The notes under the pieces are model-generated. The model ran no database searches and was not told the origin of the DNA. It saw only the letters and a program-made list of their open reading frames with translations. Positions 1-9,374 of a stretch of DNA of 64,000 nt are shown piece after piece. Positions within the stretch are counted from its first letter, which is position 1; each line of letters starts with the position of its first letter. The position numbers and the translations under genes were made by a program. The DNA comes from Acetobacter sp. (lineage in GTDB: Bacteria > Pseudomonadota > Alphaproteobacteria > Acetobacterales > Acetobacteraceae): the NCBI GenBank assembly GCA_017413025.1, contig JAFPVE010000021.1, forward strand, positions 77 through 64,076, given 5' to 3'.

Positions 1-17
1 AAATTTTGTGTTTTTAT

Positions 18-48
18 AAAGGCAGGTGTTACAAACGCTTGCCTTTTT
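18..48 (+). terminator. Probable intrinsic terminator of a + strand gene upstream of the window
   Basis: AAAGGCAGGTGTT-ACA-AACGCTTGCCTTTTT: 13-bp stem with two G-U pairs, running into a T-tract. Confidence 0.6.
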
Positions 49-326
49 CGTCTTACGCTTTGATCGTGTGCTGTGATCCTATGCTTTTCTTAAAATTCCT
101 ATAAGTAAGCAAGTAATTTTTTATTTTCCCTTATTTTTCTTTATTACTTCATGTATAATTTAAGAAACCATGTAGTCCGTTAAGGTGGTTAATATTCAGT
201 GATCACTCTTATGGGCTTAAAAGTTTTCCTTGTGTGTTATGTATAGGTGTCACGTCGTCACTTCGATAAAGTATGAGCAATACAAATACTAAGGAATTCT
301 CGCGATGTATATTCTCAACTCGTTTC

Positions 327-417
327 TGGCGGAGAGAGAGGGATTCGAACCCTCGGTACGCTATCAACGCACACACGCTTTCCAAGCGTGCGCCTTAAGC
401 CGCTCGGCCATCTCTCC
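327..417 (-). tRNA. tRNA-Ser (anticodon GGA), CCA encoded
   Basis: Reverse complement GGAGAGATGGCCGAGCGG...GCACGCTTGGAAAGCGTGT...long variable arm...GGTTCGAATCCCTCTCTCTCCGCCA; acceptor stem, T-loop GTTCGAATC and anticodon loop TT-GGA-AA. Confidence 0.97.
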
Positions 418-438
418 TTATTTACCGTTTCGCAAATC

Positions 439-468
439 ATTTTATTTTATATACTCTGATGACGTCAA
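439..468 (-). promoter_or_regulatory. Putative sigma70 promoter of tRNA-Ser
   Basis: TTGACG-N18-TAAAAT on the minus strand, ending about 20 nt before the tRNA 5' end. Confidence 0.5.
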
Positions 469-505
469 TAAAATTTACATTCATAAACATAACGTAAAAC
501 AGGTA

Positions 506-1144
506 TTAAACAATCAAGCCCCTTGCTGTCTTAACAAAGCACTCTATCAAGTCGGCACTTTTCATACCGGGTGCCTTCTCTACCCCTGATGACACATCCA
601 CCGCTTTTGCCCCTGTTTGCCTTATAGCTTGTGCCACATTTTGCGGCGTTAATCCACCGGCAAGCATCCACGGAAAAAACGGGTGCCAGTTTGCCAATAA
701 CGACCATTCCATAGTATGACCATTTCCCCCCGGGCGTATTGCTTTGGCAGGGGGTTTAGGCTCTATCACAACACGTTCTATTTTTTCTTGCTGTAACATT
801 AAATGCGGTAAATCTGAAAATTGGCTTATAGGTAAAGACAGCCACACAGGCAAACGAAAACGCTGAGCAAAAAAAGTGGCTTTTTGACGATCGGTATATA
901 ATTGTAACACATCAAGGTTAACATGGCGTAAAACATGCGAAATTTGATCAACATCAGGGTCTACAAACAATCCCACACGCTTTGGTCCACCTTTTATAGA
1001 AAGTGAAAGGGCTGCTGCCTGTTCTGGTGTGATAAAACGCGGGGAATGCTTAAAAAACACAAAACCGACCCAATCCACCTCACAGCGCACGCAAGCTTCA
1101 AAACTTTCTTGATCTGTTATGCCACAAATTTTAATTTGAACCAC
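506..1144 (-). CDS. trpF: Phosphoribosylanthranilate isomerase
   Basis: QIKICGIT, GFVFF..SPR, LAGGLTPQNV, VDVSSGVE motifs. The ORF extends to 1186, but GTG at 1144 has an AAGGAG SD 9 nt upstream. Confidence 0.93.
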   Translation of the reverse strand: MVQIKICGITDQESFEACVRCEVDWVGFVFFKHSPRFITPEQAAALSLSIKGGPKRVGLFVDPDVDQISHVLRHVNLDVLQLYTDRQKATFFAQRFRLPVWLSLPISQFSDLPHLMLQQEKIERVVIEPKPPAKAIRPGGNGHTMEWSLLANWHPFFPWMLAGGLTPQNVAQAIRQTGAKAVDVSSGVEKAPGMKSADLIECFVKTARGLIV

Positions 1145-1377
1145 CTCACCTCGCTCCTTGAGCTTGTTATCATCTCTTCCACCCACATTTCATGAACACA
1201 TTTGCTTCATGCTTACTGACCATAAAAAAACCTTGACAATTCATTAAAAACATTACATCACAACTCATCTCCTAGAAGGAGAATAAGCCCTGTAAGTTCG
1301 CTTTTTGCATTTATGGAGCTTATTCTTTAGAGTCCGTTTTTATTTTTACGATGTACCCTTCTTACGATGTATCCCTC

Positions 1378-2127
1378 TTACAAAGATAATTCAGAAATAA
1401 TGGCTAACGTCGCCGATCTTTTCTCGGTAGCTTGTGTAATAGGGCGCCCCACCACAACCCAGTCGGCACCAGCTTGGTGCGCTTGGGCGGGAGTCATAAA
1501 ACGTTTTTGATCATCGTTGACAATGGTTTTGTGTTGAATGTCTGGGTGATTTTCTGCTCTCATACTTGGTCTGATTCCGGGTGCAACAAGAACGGGACTT
1601 TGCCCGAATTGATCGCGTAGTATTTTTAACTCCCTTGCTGAACAGACAAGCCCATCACATCCTGCACGCAATGCTAGCGCGCCTAATGTCAGCACTTGGG
1701 CTTGCACATCTTTTTCGACCCCCGTTTCAGCCAGCGCTTTTTCATCAAGGCTTGTCAGCACTGTTACCCCTAATAACAAAGGTCTTTTCTCGGAAGGAAA
1801 AGAAAGATCACACGCGTGACGTGCTGCCTCGATCATGGCAGATCCGCCACTGGCATGAATCGTTAACATACGCGGCTGGACGAAAGACAATGCCCGTATC
1901 GCGGCTGCCACTGTATTGGGAATATCATGCAACTTGAGATCTAAAAAAAGAGGAACACGCTGCCCTATTTCTGCCACAGCCGAAAACCCTGCAGCATAGG
2001 TAAATTCAAGCCCTAGTTTGACCATACCGACAAGATCACCCACTTCGTCAATCCATTGATGGGCTTGTTGCCGGCTTTGTGTATCAAGGGCAACGATAAG
2101 TCCTGTTGGTTTATGCTGATACGGCAT
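1378..2127 (-). CDS. pyrF: Orotidine-5'-phosphate decarboxylase
   Basis: IVALD, FLDLKLHDIPNTV (DxKxxDIxxT), GVTVLTS, PGIRP, VVGRPIT. Confidence 0.96.
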   Translation of the reverse strand: MPYQHKPTGLIVALDTQSRQQAHQWIDEVGDLVGMVKLGLEFTYAAGFSAVAEIGQRVPLFLDLKLHDIPNTVAAAIRALSFVQPRMLTIHASGGSAMIEAARHACDLSFPSEKRPLLLGVTVLTSLDEKALAETGVEKDVQAQVLTLGALALRAGCDGLVCSARELKILRDQFGQSPVLVAPGIRPSMRAENHPDIQHKTIVNDDQKRFMTPAQAHQAGADWVVVGRPITQATEKRSATLAIISELSL

Positions 2128-2489
2128 ATTTTTTGTCTTAACCTCTCTATTATTTATTAGTTCATTGGATTAGTTCATTAGTTCAAAAGCATTAGAGTTC
2201 TTTTAGAAAACCTTAAAACAACACTAGAAAAAATTTTCAATGTTTCTTAAAATTGAGATCGTTCCATTATTCTGATTAATTATTTTTTATAACATCCTAT
2301 CCAGTCTTAACATTAAAACTTTTGAACAGGAGGATCGTAAAAAGATAAAAATAAAGGAATTATTTTCTCGTACTTCTTTACTTTTCATGTCATGTTGAGA
2401 GTTTTTCAATCGAGTTCTAAAGGGTTTTGATATTTAAAACAGATTTCATCTTAAAACAAAATCGCCCTCATAAACGATGCTTGTAAACC

Positions 2490-3545
2490 ATGTTAACGCC
2501 TCCATTTCCCCCTCTTGTTCTTACGCAAGGTGATCCCTCAAGCATAGCCCCAGAGATTACCGTGAAAGCATGGCAAAATTTACACCATAGCGGACCTGTT
2601 TTTGTTTGGATTGGTGATCCGACTTTACTCGCCTCTTCTATCCCTATTCAGCTTGTAGAGACCATTGAAGAAGGAAAGAGAATTTTTACACAGGCTTTGC
2701 CTGTACTCCCCATTTCTCTCATGGCACCGGCTATTGCCGGACAACCTTGTGTAGACAACGCTGCCTGTGTTCTGGAAAGTATCTACCTTGCGACAACCCT
2801 CACACTGAACGGGCACGCCTGCGCTATGGTGACAAATCCTATTAGTAAAGATATTTTACACCGTGCAGGGTTTCAGCACCCCGGACACACTTCTTATCTG
2901 GCAGAACTTTGCCATGTGCCCGGGCAAGAGGTGATGATGTTGGTTAGCTCTTTTTTACATCCCCCTTTACGAGTTGTCCCCCTTACAGAGCATGTTTCTC
3001 TCCGTAAAGCCATTGATCAGATCACACCAGAGTTGATTATTTTGAAAGCGCGCGCTGTTATCCACGGACTTATACGTGATTTTGGACTTTCCCATACGCC
3101 ACGCCTCGCTATCGCTGCCCTTAATCCCCATGCTGGAGAAAATGGGCTTATGGGAGACGAAGAACAAACTATTATAAGCCCGGCTATAGAAAGATTGCGT
3201 TCTGAAGGTTTTATTATTTCTGATCCCCTTCCTGCCGATACCCTCTTTACGCAAGAAGCCCGACAATTATACGATGTTGTTTTGTGCATGTACCATGACC
3301 AAGCCCTTATTCCGATCAAAACGCTCGATATGGCACACAGTGTTAATGTCACCCTCGGATTGCCTATTATCCGCACCTCCCCTGACCATGGCACGGCTTT
3401 TTCTCTAGCAAGAGAAAGTGCAAAAAAAAATGTCGGACAAAGTCAAGCCGATTCTCGTAGTCTTGAAGCTGCTCTTCATCTTGCCGCACAGCTGAGCTGC
3501 CACAAAGCTACTTCCACTCGTTACTACTCTTCTCTGAAATCTTAA
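2490..3545 (+). CDS. pdxA: 4-hydroxythreonine-4-phosphate dehydrogenase
   Basis: TQGDPSSIAPE, LNPHAGENG, MYHDQALIPIK, VNVTLGLPIIRTSPDHGTAF; adjacent to pdxJ. Confidence 0.93.
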   Translation: MLTPPFPPLVLTQGDPSSIAPEITVKAWQNLHHSGPVFVWIGDPTLLASSIPIQLVETIEEGKRIFTQALPVLPISLMAPAIAGQPCVDNAACVLESIYLATTLTLNGHACAMVTNPISKDILHRAGFQHPGHTSYLAELCHVPGQEVMMLVSSFLHPPLRVVPLTEHVSLRKAIDQITPELIILKARAVIHGLIRDFGLSHTPRLAIAALNPHAGENGLMGDEEQTIISPAIERLRSEGFIISDPLPADTLFTQEARQLYDVVLCMYHDQALIPIKTLDMAHSVNVTLGLPIIRTSPDHGTAFSLARESAKKNVGQSQADSRSLEAALHLAAQLSCHKATSTRYYSSLKS

Positions 3546-3610
3546 AAAGAAATCCTCCTAAAAAATTCCTTAAAAGCTAATCCAAAAATATCAGAAAGTC
3601 TTTATCTTTT

Positions 3611-4435
3611 ATGTCTCTTTTTGTTCATACACCCCCTCCTACTCCACAACACACTCTACGGCTTGGCGTAAATATTGACCACGTTGCGACCCTCCGCAAT
3701 GCCAGAGGGGGGAATTATCCTGACCCAGTTGCTATTGCTTTATGCGCTCTTGAAGCCGGTGCTGATAGCATCACTGCCCATTTACGCGAAGACCGTCGTC
3801 ATATTCGCGATGACGATATGCGCCGGCTACGCCATGAACTCGCTGCACTCTCTGCTCCACTCAATATGGAAATGGCGGCAACACCGGAAATGCAAAAAAT
3901 AGCCCTTTCCCTTGCCCCGCATGCGTGTTGCCTTGTGCCAGAACGGCGAGAAGAGCTAACAACAGAAGGCGGACTTAATGTCGCCGATCATCTTGATGTT
4001 TTAACACCTTATGTAAAAACCCTTGTCCAAAGCGGGATTCGTGTTTCTCTTTTTATTGACCCCGTTCCCCAACATATTTTTGCTGCAGCACAAACAGGTG
4101 CCCCCGTTGTTGAACTGCACACGGGCACTTACGTTACCCGTTATTTAGCCGGGGATATTACGTACTTAGAAGAACTTGAACGCCTTCAACAAGCGGCTTA
4201 TCAAGCAAGTTCTCTTGGATTAGAAGTTCATGCCGGGCATGGACTGACCTTTGAGACCGTTACCCCTATCGCTCGTATTTCTCAAATTCGAGAACTGAAT
4301 ATTGGTCATTTTTTAATAAGCCAAGCAATAACGGATGGGCTTATGACTGTTGTTCGTACCATGAAGCGCTGCATGACAGAAGGGAGACAACAAAGAATTA
4401 CAGAAGCCCAGTCCGTAAAAGTCCTCCCCGCTTAA
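3611..4435 (+). CDS. pdxJ: Pyridoxine 5'-phosphate synthase
   Basis: LGVNIDHVATLR, HLREDRRHI, VPERREELTTEGGL, VELHTG, HAGHGL, ELNIGH. Confidence 0.97.
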   Translation: MSLFVHTPPPTPQHTLRLGVNIDHVATLRNARGGNYPDPVAIALCALEAGADSITAHLREDRRHIRDDDMRRLRHELAALSAPLNMEMAATPEMQKIALSLAPHACCLVPERREELTTEGGLNVADHLDVLTPYVKTLVQSGIRVSLFIDPVPQHIFAAAQTGAPVVELHTGTYVTRYLAGDITYLEELERLQQAAYQASSLGLEVHAGHGLTFETVTPIARISQIRELNIGHFLISQAITDGLMTVVRTMKRCMTEGRQQRITEAQSVKVLPA

Positions 4436-4486
4436 TTCTTTTTATGCCTTTATTCGATTATTCGATGCCTTCATTCACTTAATCTT

Positions 4487-4999
4487 ATGTCCACGACTTC
4501 TATGCCCCACTCTTCTCAAAAACACTCTTCAGAAGAAGAAACTCTTCCTTTTATATCGCCAAAACTCTTGCTTACTTTAGTTGTCGGTATGGGAATCCTT
4601 ATTATTCTCGGTATTGCGGTTTTGATAGGTATTATTATACACCGTCTCAATACGCCCCACAGCCCTAATCATACGGTTTTATCTTCCTTTGCTTCTCATT
4701 CGTGTTTTCCTGAAGCCTATCAAAGACACACGCCACCGCCGATTTTACTTACACTTACAAAAGAAGAGCATATTGCCCATATTACACCTGTGGGAACGTG
4801 TGTACTCGCTTTGCATATTATCGATCATCATAATGAAAAAATCTTTTTATGGGATATTCCTCACAGACGTATTATAATAGGGGCTACGCTTTCTGTTATA
4901 CCTTCTGTTACCCATTATCAGGCGCCAACTCCGAACTCATCACTTACGCCAATTCTTACACCACCATTAAAATTAAGTGTTAGGAAAACTCATGATTAA
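4487..4999 (+). CDS. Hypothetical single-pass membrane protein
   Basis: 170-aa ORF with one hydrophobic segment (LLLTLVVGMGILIILGIAVLIGIIIH); stop overlaps the next start. Confidence 0.65.
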   Translation: MSTTSMPHSSQKHSSEEETLPFISPKLLLTLVVGMGILIILGIAVLIGIIIHRLNTPHSPNHTVLSSFASHSCFPEAYQRHTPPPILLTLTKEEHIAHITPVGTCVLALHIIDHHNEKIFLWDIPHRRIIIGATLSVIPSVTHYQAPTPNSSLTPILTPPLKLSVRKTHD

Positions 5000-5543
5000 A
5001 CCTTTCAAAGTGCTTCTCGTTACAAGTCTTACATTTTCTTTTCTTACTATTTTTTCTCTCTCGCCTAAAGCTGCCACAAAAGACCCAGCAAATCCCTCCC
5101 AAAAAGCCAACTCTGTTATCAAAATCATAACGACTGATGGCAGTGATAAACAGGCTTCAACGCCTTTTGCCCGTAAAATGATTAAAATCCTTGAATCACG
5201 CTTTACAGGGCAACGTCTCGTTTTTCGTAACCTTAAATTACATACCTCACCTAATGGCAAACAAAGCTTTTGTGGTGAAATGAGTATTAGCCTATCAAAT
5301 CCGCCCGATGAAGATAGTTTTATTCCTTTTGGTGTCAAAGAGGGAGAAGACAGTCCTGTTGTTTATGATCCAGAAGATATTCCAGAATCTTTAGACCTCC
5401 GGCAAGAAGATAAATATATTAATCGGGGTGCTGACTTAGAAGAACTTGAGGAAATGGGTTGCGTTCCAGAAGGTACCTATCGTCATTACAGCGATAAACT
5501 TACCGAGATTATCCAACGCCGTAAAGCGAGCATGATGCGTTAG
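4992..5543 (+). CDS. Hypothetical exported protein
   Basis: ATG at 4992 overlaps the upstream stop (ATGATTAA); signal-peptide-like N-terminus ending PKAA; acidic C-terminal half. Confidence 0.7.
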   Translation: MIKPFKVLLVTSLTFSFLTIFSLSPKAATKDPANPSQKANSVIKIITTDGSDKQASTPFARKMIKILESRFTGQRLVFRNLKLHTSPNGKQSFCGEMSISLSNPPDEDSFIPFGVKEGEDSPVVYDPEDIPESLDLRQEDKYINRGADLEELEEMGCVPEGTYRHYSDKLTEIIQRRKASMMR

Positions 5544-5665
5544 AACGCTCAAAATCTTGAAGGTTTTACAAAAATCTTTATAGCAAAAAGCGTTTTTTTT
5601 ACTTTTTTTTACAGTATTTTTTTAGTATAGTTTTAACTCTAAAAAAGTATTTGTAATATTATTAT

Positions 5666-5690
5666 CGCGTGTTACAATATTGCGCACGCG
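5666..5690. promoter_or_regulatory. Imperfect inverted repeat upstream of the transporter operon, possible operator
   Basis: CGCGTG-TTA-CAATATTG-CG-CACGCG, a GC-rich palindrome in an AT-rich intergenic region about 40 nt before the DUF3311 start. Confidence 0.3.
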
Positions 5691-5728
5691 TAAAGATAAC
5701 GATAAACAATAATATAAGGCGTTTTGTT

Positions 5729-5902
5729 ATGAAATCACTTCATTGGCTTTTACTGATCCCGTTTATTGCTCTTTTATGGGTTCCGTTTTACAACCGGGTA
5801 ACCCCATATTTGTGGGGTATCCCTTTTTTCTATTGGTATCAATTTATATGGATTCCCATAACCTCAATTATTATTTGGGTTGTTTGGAAAAAAGGGGCAT
5901 AA
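5729..5902 (+). CDS. DUF3311-like small membrane protein, partner of the SSS transporter
   Basis: LLLIPFIALLWVPFYNRVTP..WGIPFFYWYQFIW pattern; lies directly upstream of an SSS permease, like Bacillus yhjC-yhjB. Confidence 0.85.
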   Translation: MKSLHWLLLIPFIALLWVPFYNRVTPYLWGIPFFYWYQFIWIPITSIIIWVVWKKGA

Positions 5903-5903
5903 A

Positions 5904-7424
5904 ATGACTAACCATTCTGATTTTTGGGCTTCTTTTGTTTTTATTGTCTTTTTTGCTCTCACAATTCTCATTGGCTCTTCTATTCAACAAATTCGTGCTC
6001 TTTTGGGAAACCGTGTTGCAACAAATAATTCCCTTGAAGAATGGAGTCTTGGTGGACGACATTTTGGTCCTTGGATTACATGGTTTCTTATTGGGGGTGA
6101 TTTTTATACCGCTTACACAGTTATTGCCCTGCCGGCTCTTGTCTATGCTAAAGGGGCATTTGGCTTTTTTGCCATGCCTTATACTATTATTGTTTATCCT
6201 TTTATTTTCTTCGTTATGCCTAAATTATGGCAAATAGCTCGCGATAACGGCTATTCTACAGCGGCTGATATTGTCCGCGCCCGTTTTAACAGCCGATCTT
6301 TAGAGATTATTGTCGCTATTACAGGAATTGCTGCCGTTATCCCCTACATGGCGCTCCAACTTGTTGGTATTCGCGATGTGGTTGAAACGCTAGGGCTTCC
6401 TGCTGAAGCTTCGCTTATTATTGCCTTTCTTGCACTGGCTGCTTATACATGGTTAGGTGGGCTCCATGCCCCTGCACTTACAGCTTTTATTAAAGATGTG
6501 ATGATTTACATCACCGTTCTTGTCGCTGTTACCCTTATTCCGCTTCATATTCCTGGCGGTTATACTGCTCTTTTTCCGAGCACGGCTAATACCCATACAG
6601 TTCTTAAAACTGGTCAAGCGCTACCTTTTGCTACCCTTGCGCTTTCTTCAGCTTTAGCAGCCTTTTTATATCCGCATACGTTCACAGGAGTTTTAGCTTC
6701 TCGGTCTGCCGACACTATCCGGCAAAATGCGGTTTTTCTCCCTATTTATACAATCCTTTTAGGGCTTATTTCTATGTTAGGATTTATGGCGCATGCTGTA
6801 GGAATTAATACCCCAAAACATGGCCTCATTGTTCCACTCTTGTTCTTGAAGGTATTCCCCTCTTGGTTTGCAGGGTTTTGTCTTGCCTCTATTGCTATTG
6901 GTGCACTTATTCCTGCTGCTGTTATGGCTATTGGCGCAGCTAATCTCGTCACGCAAAATATCCTTCCTCCCATAAAAAATCAAGCTAATATGATTCGCAC
7001 AACGAAACTGGCTGCCTTTTTAACAAAACTAGGAGCTTTGTTGTGCATTCTTTGCTTAACAACCAAATTTGCCCTTAATTTTCAGCTTTTAGGATGTGTC
7101 GTTATTTTACAAACTTTTCCAGCTGTTATTATGGGGTTGATGCATCTACGTCTTTCAAAAGAGGCTATTCTTTCTGGGTGGGTTATTGGCAGTGTCATTG
7201 GCGTAGGACTTACGCTTGCAGATGGCTTAAAACCTTTTCATTTTCTCCATCTCGGTATTATATCAGGCAATATTTCAACAGCGCTGTTTTCTATGGTGCT
7301 GAACTGTATCATTGTATTGCTTATTTCGTGGATCCGCCCCGGACATTTACCGGAAAATAAAAATCCTCATCCTCACATCCAAGAAGAAACGACTTCTTTC
7401 CCACTTGCCGAGCCTTATATGTAA
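5904..7424 (+). CDS. Sodium:solute symporter family permease (YhjB/MctP-like)
   Basis: EWSLGGRHFG, WFLIGGDFYTAYT, PYMALQLVGI, many TM helices; ATG 1 nt after the DUF3311 stop. Confidence 0.9.
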   Translation: MTNHSDFWASFVFIVFFALTILIGSSIQQIRALLGNRVATNNSLEEWSLGGRHFGPWITWFLIGGDFYTAYTVIALPALVYAKGAFGFFAMPYTIIVYPFIFFVMPKLWQIARDNGYSTAADIVRARFNSRSLEIIVAITGIAAVIPYMALQLVGIRDVVETLGLPAEASLIIAFLALAAYTWLGGLHAPALTAFIKDVMIYITVLVAVTLIPLHIPGGYTALFPSTANTHTVLKTGQALPFATLALSSALAAFLYPHTFTGVLASRSADTIRQNAVFLPIYTILLGLISMLGFMAHAVGINTPKHGLIVPLLFLKVFPSWFAGFCLASIAIGALIPAAVMAIGAANLVTQNILPPIKNQANMIRTTKLAAFLTKLGALLCILCLTTKFALNFQLLGCVVILQTFPAVIMGLMHLRLSKEAILSGWVIGSVIGVGLTLADGLKPFHFLHLGIISGNISTALFSMVLNCIIVLLISWIRPGHLPENKNPHPHIQEETTSFPLAEPYM

Positions 7425-7458
7425 CTTATAAAAAGGCGTTATAAGTATTAGAGTTGTC

Positions 7459-7496
7459 AAAAAAGAGGGAGCGTTTTTTTAACGCTCCTCTCTTTT
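7459..7496. terminator. Probable bidirectional intrinsic terminator
   Basis: AAAAAAGAGGGAGCGTT-TTTTT-AACGCTCCTCTCTTTT, 35 nt after the SSS stop. Confidence 0.75.
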
Positions 7497-7908
7497 AAAA
7501 AAATCCTTCAACCAAATGATAGCTTTAGGCACATTACGCGTGTTACTAAAGCCTCTTCAAAAAGTTTTCTTCTTTTTCTCTCTTTCTTGGAAAACCTGAT
7601 TTTACTTTATGACATGTAACTCGCTATGGAGTACAACAGAAAAGTTTCTATAAAGTCGCGTTTTTACGAAAATCGTATTTTACGCCGTTTTGTTACGTTC
7701 TCTGTTTCAACGAACAGACCTACACTTCACAGATTTCAACGCACAGCACATAGCGTATCTAAAATTAAAAACACTTCTACTTTTCTAAAACTCTTCTAAA
7801 AAAAGACTCTCCTCCTCCCCTTTTCCAATCTGATCTTAATAACAGATCTTTTAGAAATCAGAAGGTAATGACTATACGGTAATGACGACGAGAAGGAAGC
7901 GTACCATA

Positions 7909-9192
7909 TCAAAGATTGATATGCTCCCCATGTAAGGCAGTATCGAGCCCTTCCAACTCTTGATCGGGCGTGACACGTAACCCTATACATTTATCTACTA
8001 TTTTAAGGATCACAAAACTTATAGAAGAACACCACAACATAACCACCAGGACAGTCTCTATCTGAACAATCACTTGGTGTATAGAAGGAACAATACCCGT
8101 TGGGTTTGTACTACTTGCAGAAAGAGGACCATAGGCAAAAACACCTGTTAAAATAGCCCCGACAATGCCAGCAACACCATGTACCCCAAACGCATCAAGA
8201 CTATCATCATAACCAAAAAAATGTTTAAGCCCAGTTACCCCCCAATAAGAAGCACTACCAGCACATAACCCTATGACTAACGCCCCGCCAGGTAAAACAA
8301 ACCCCGATGCCGGTGTACCGGCAACAAGCCCGCCGACCGCCCCAGAAATAACCCCTAATACTGTCGGTTTGCCACGATGTATCCACTCAACCACCATCCA
8401 AGAAATTCCAGCCCCTGCCGCCGCCATTTGTGTTGCAACCATCGCCATGCAGGCACGCCCATCCGCCCCAAACGCTGAACCTGCATTAAAACCAAACCAT
8501 CCAAACCAAAGTAACGCAGCCCCTATAACAGCATAAGTCAAATTAAAAGGAGGAAAACCCTCATACCCATAACCACGACGAGGTCCCAAAACCAGTGCAC
8601 ATATCAGTCCCGCTACACCTGCGTTAATATGCACGACTGTCCCCCCTGCAAAATCTGCTGCACCGAGGTTTGCCAACCAGCCCGAAGGACCCCAGACCCA
8701 ATGCGCAATAGGAGCATAGACCAGCAAAGACCACAGAATAGAAAACACACACATAGCATTAAATTTCATGCGATCGGCATAGCTCCCTGCTATGATCACG
8801 GGTGCAATAATAGCAAATGTCATTTGAAAGAGCATGAAAATACTCTCAGGCACCGTAAAAGTTATACCCGTTGAAGAAGACTCTTTCATTATAAAAGGTA
8901 CATCTACACCGTTTTTAATATGTGCCCCAATACCGTGCAACATGAAACGTGAAAGCCCCCCAATCCAAGGCGTACCAGCCGTAAAAGCAAGGGAGTAACC
9001 AGCGATCATCCAAACAACAGAAATAATACAGCACAAAGAAAATGCTTGCATAAGCGTGGCAAGAACGTTCTTTTTACGAACCATACCCGCATAAAAAAGC
9101 CCCAACCCCGGAATGGTCATTAACAATACAAGCGCTGTACTAACAAGCATCCATGCTGTGTCAGCTCTGTTAATCATCAAAGTGCTATGCAC
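7909..9192 (-). CDS. amtB: Ammonium transporter
   Basis: DTAWMLVSTALVLLMTIPG, FQMTFA, DFAGGTVVHINAG, GWFGFNAGS, DDSLDAFGVHG, C-terminal GLD...HGE; both pore His residues present. Confidence 0.96.
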   Translation of the reverse strand: MHSTLMINRADTAWMLVSTALVLLMTIPGLGLFYAGMVRKKNVLATLMQAFSLCCIISVVWMIAGYSLAFTAGTPWIGGLSRFMLHGIGAHIKNGVDVPFIMKESSSTGITFTVPESIFMLFQMTFAIIAPVIIAGSYADRMKFNAMCVFSILWSLLVYAPIAHWVWGPSGWLANLGAADFAGGTVVHINAGVAGLICALVLGPRRGYGYEGFPPFNLTYAVIGAALLWFGWFGFNAGSAFGADGRACMAMVATQMAAAGAGISWMVVEWIHRGKPTVLGVISGAVGGLVAGTPASGFVLPGGALVIGLCAGSASYWGVTGLKHFFGYDDSLDAFGVHGVAGIVGAILTGVFAYGPLSASSTNPTGIVPSIHQVIVQIETVLVVMLWCSSISFVILKIVDKCIGLRVTPDQELEGLDTALHGEHINL

Positions 9193-9374
9193 AAAATAAC
9201 ATACCCTTAATTGATTACGTATTTTTATACTTACGCCAACCCCTTTGATTGACTGTTATGCTCTTATTTTAAGTAGACAATATTCATTCTCTATACGTTC
9301 TATATACCAGAAAAAACTCACTAGATTCAAGAGCAGACAAACATTGACTATCGATGAAAACAATATTAGAATGT

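Noticed and set aside
1-326. Island integrated at the tRNA-Ser 3' end
   Set aside because: No integrase and no duplicated tRNA 3' end in the window; only AT-rich DNA and a terminator are visible.
305-589. 94-aa ORF on the + strand
   Set aside because: It is the antisense reading of tRNA-Ser (AEREGFEPS is a typical tRNA shadow translation).
506-3545. Motif variants: TrpF VIEPK (Glu at the usual Asp) and PdxA GHTS (usual GHTE)
   Set aside because: Other catalytic and metal-binding residues are intact and the ORFs are full length; this may be lineage variation and is no evidence of pseudogenes.
5666-7546. CGCGTGTTAC direct repeat on both sides of the DUF3311-SSS operon as a target-site duplication
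   Set aside because: A 10-bp match found after the fact, with no mobile-element features and host-like genes.
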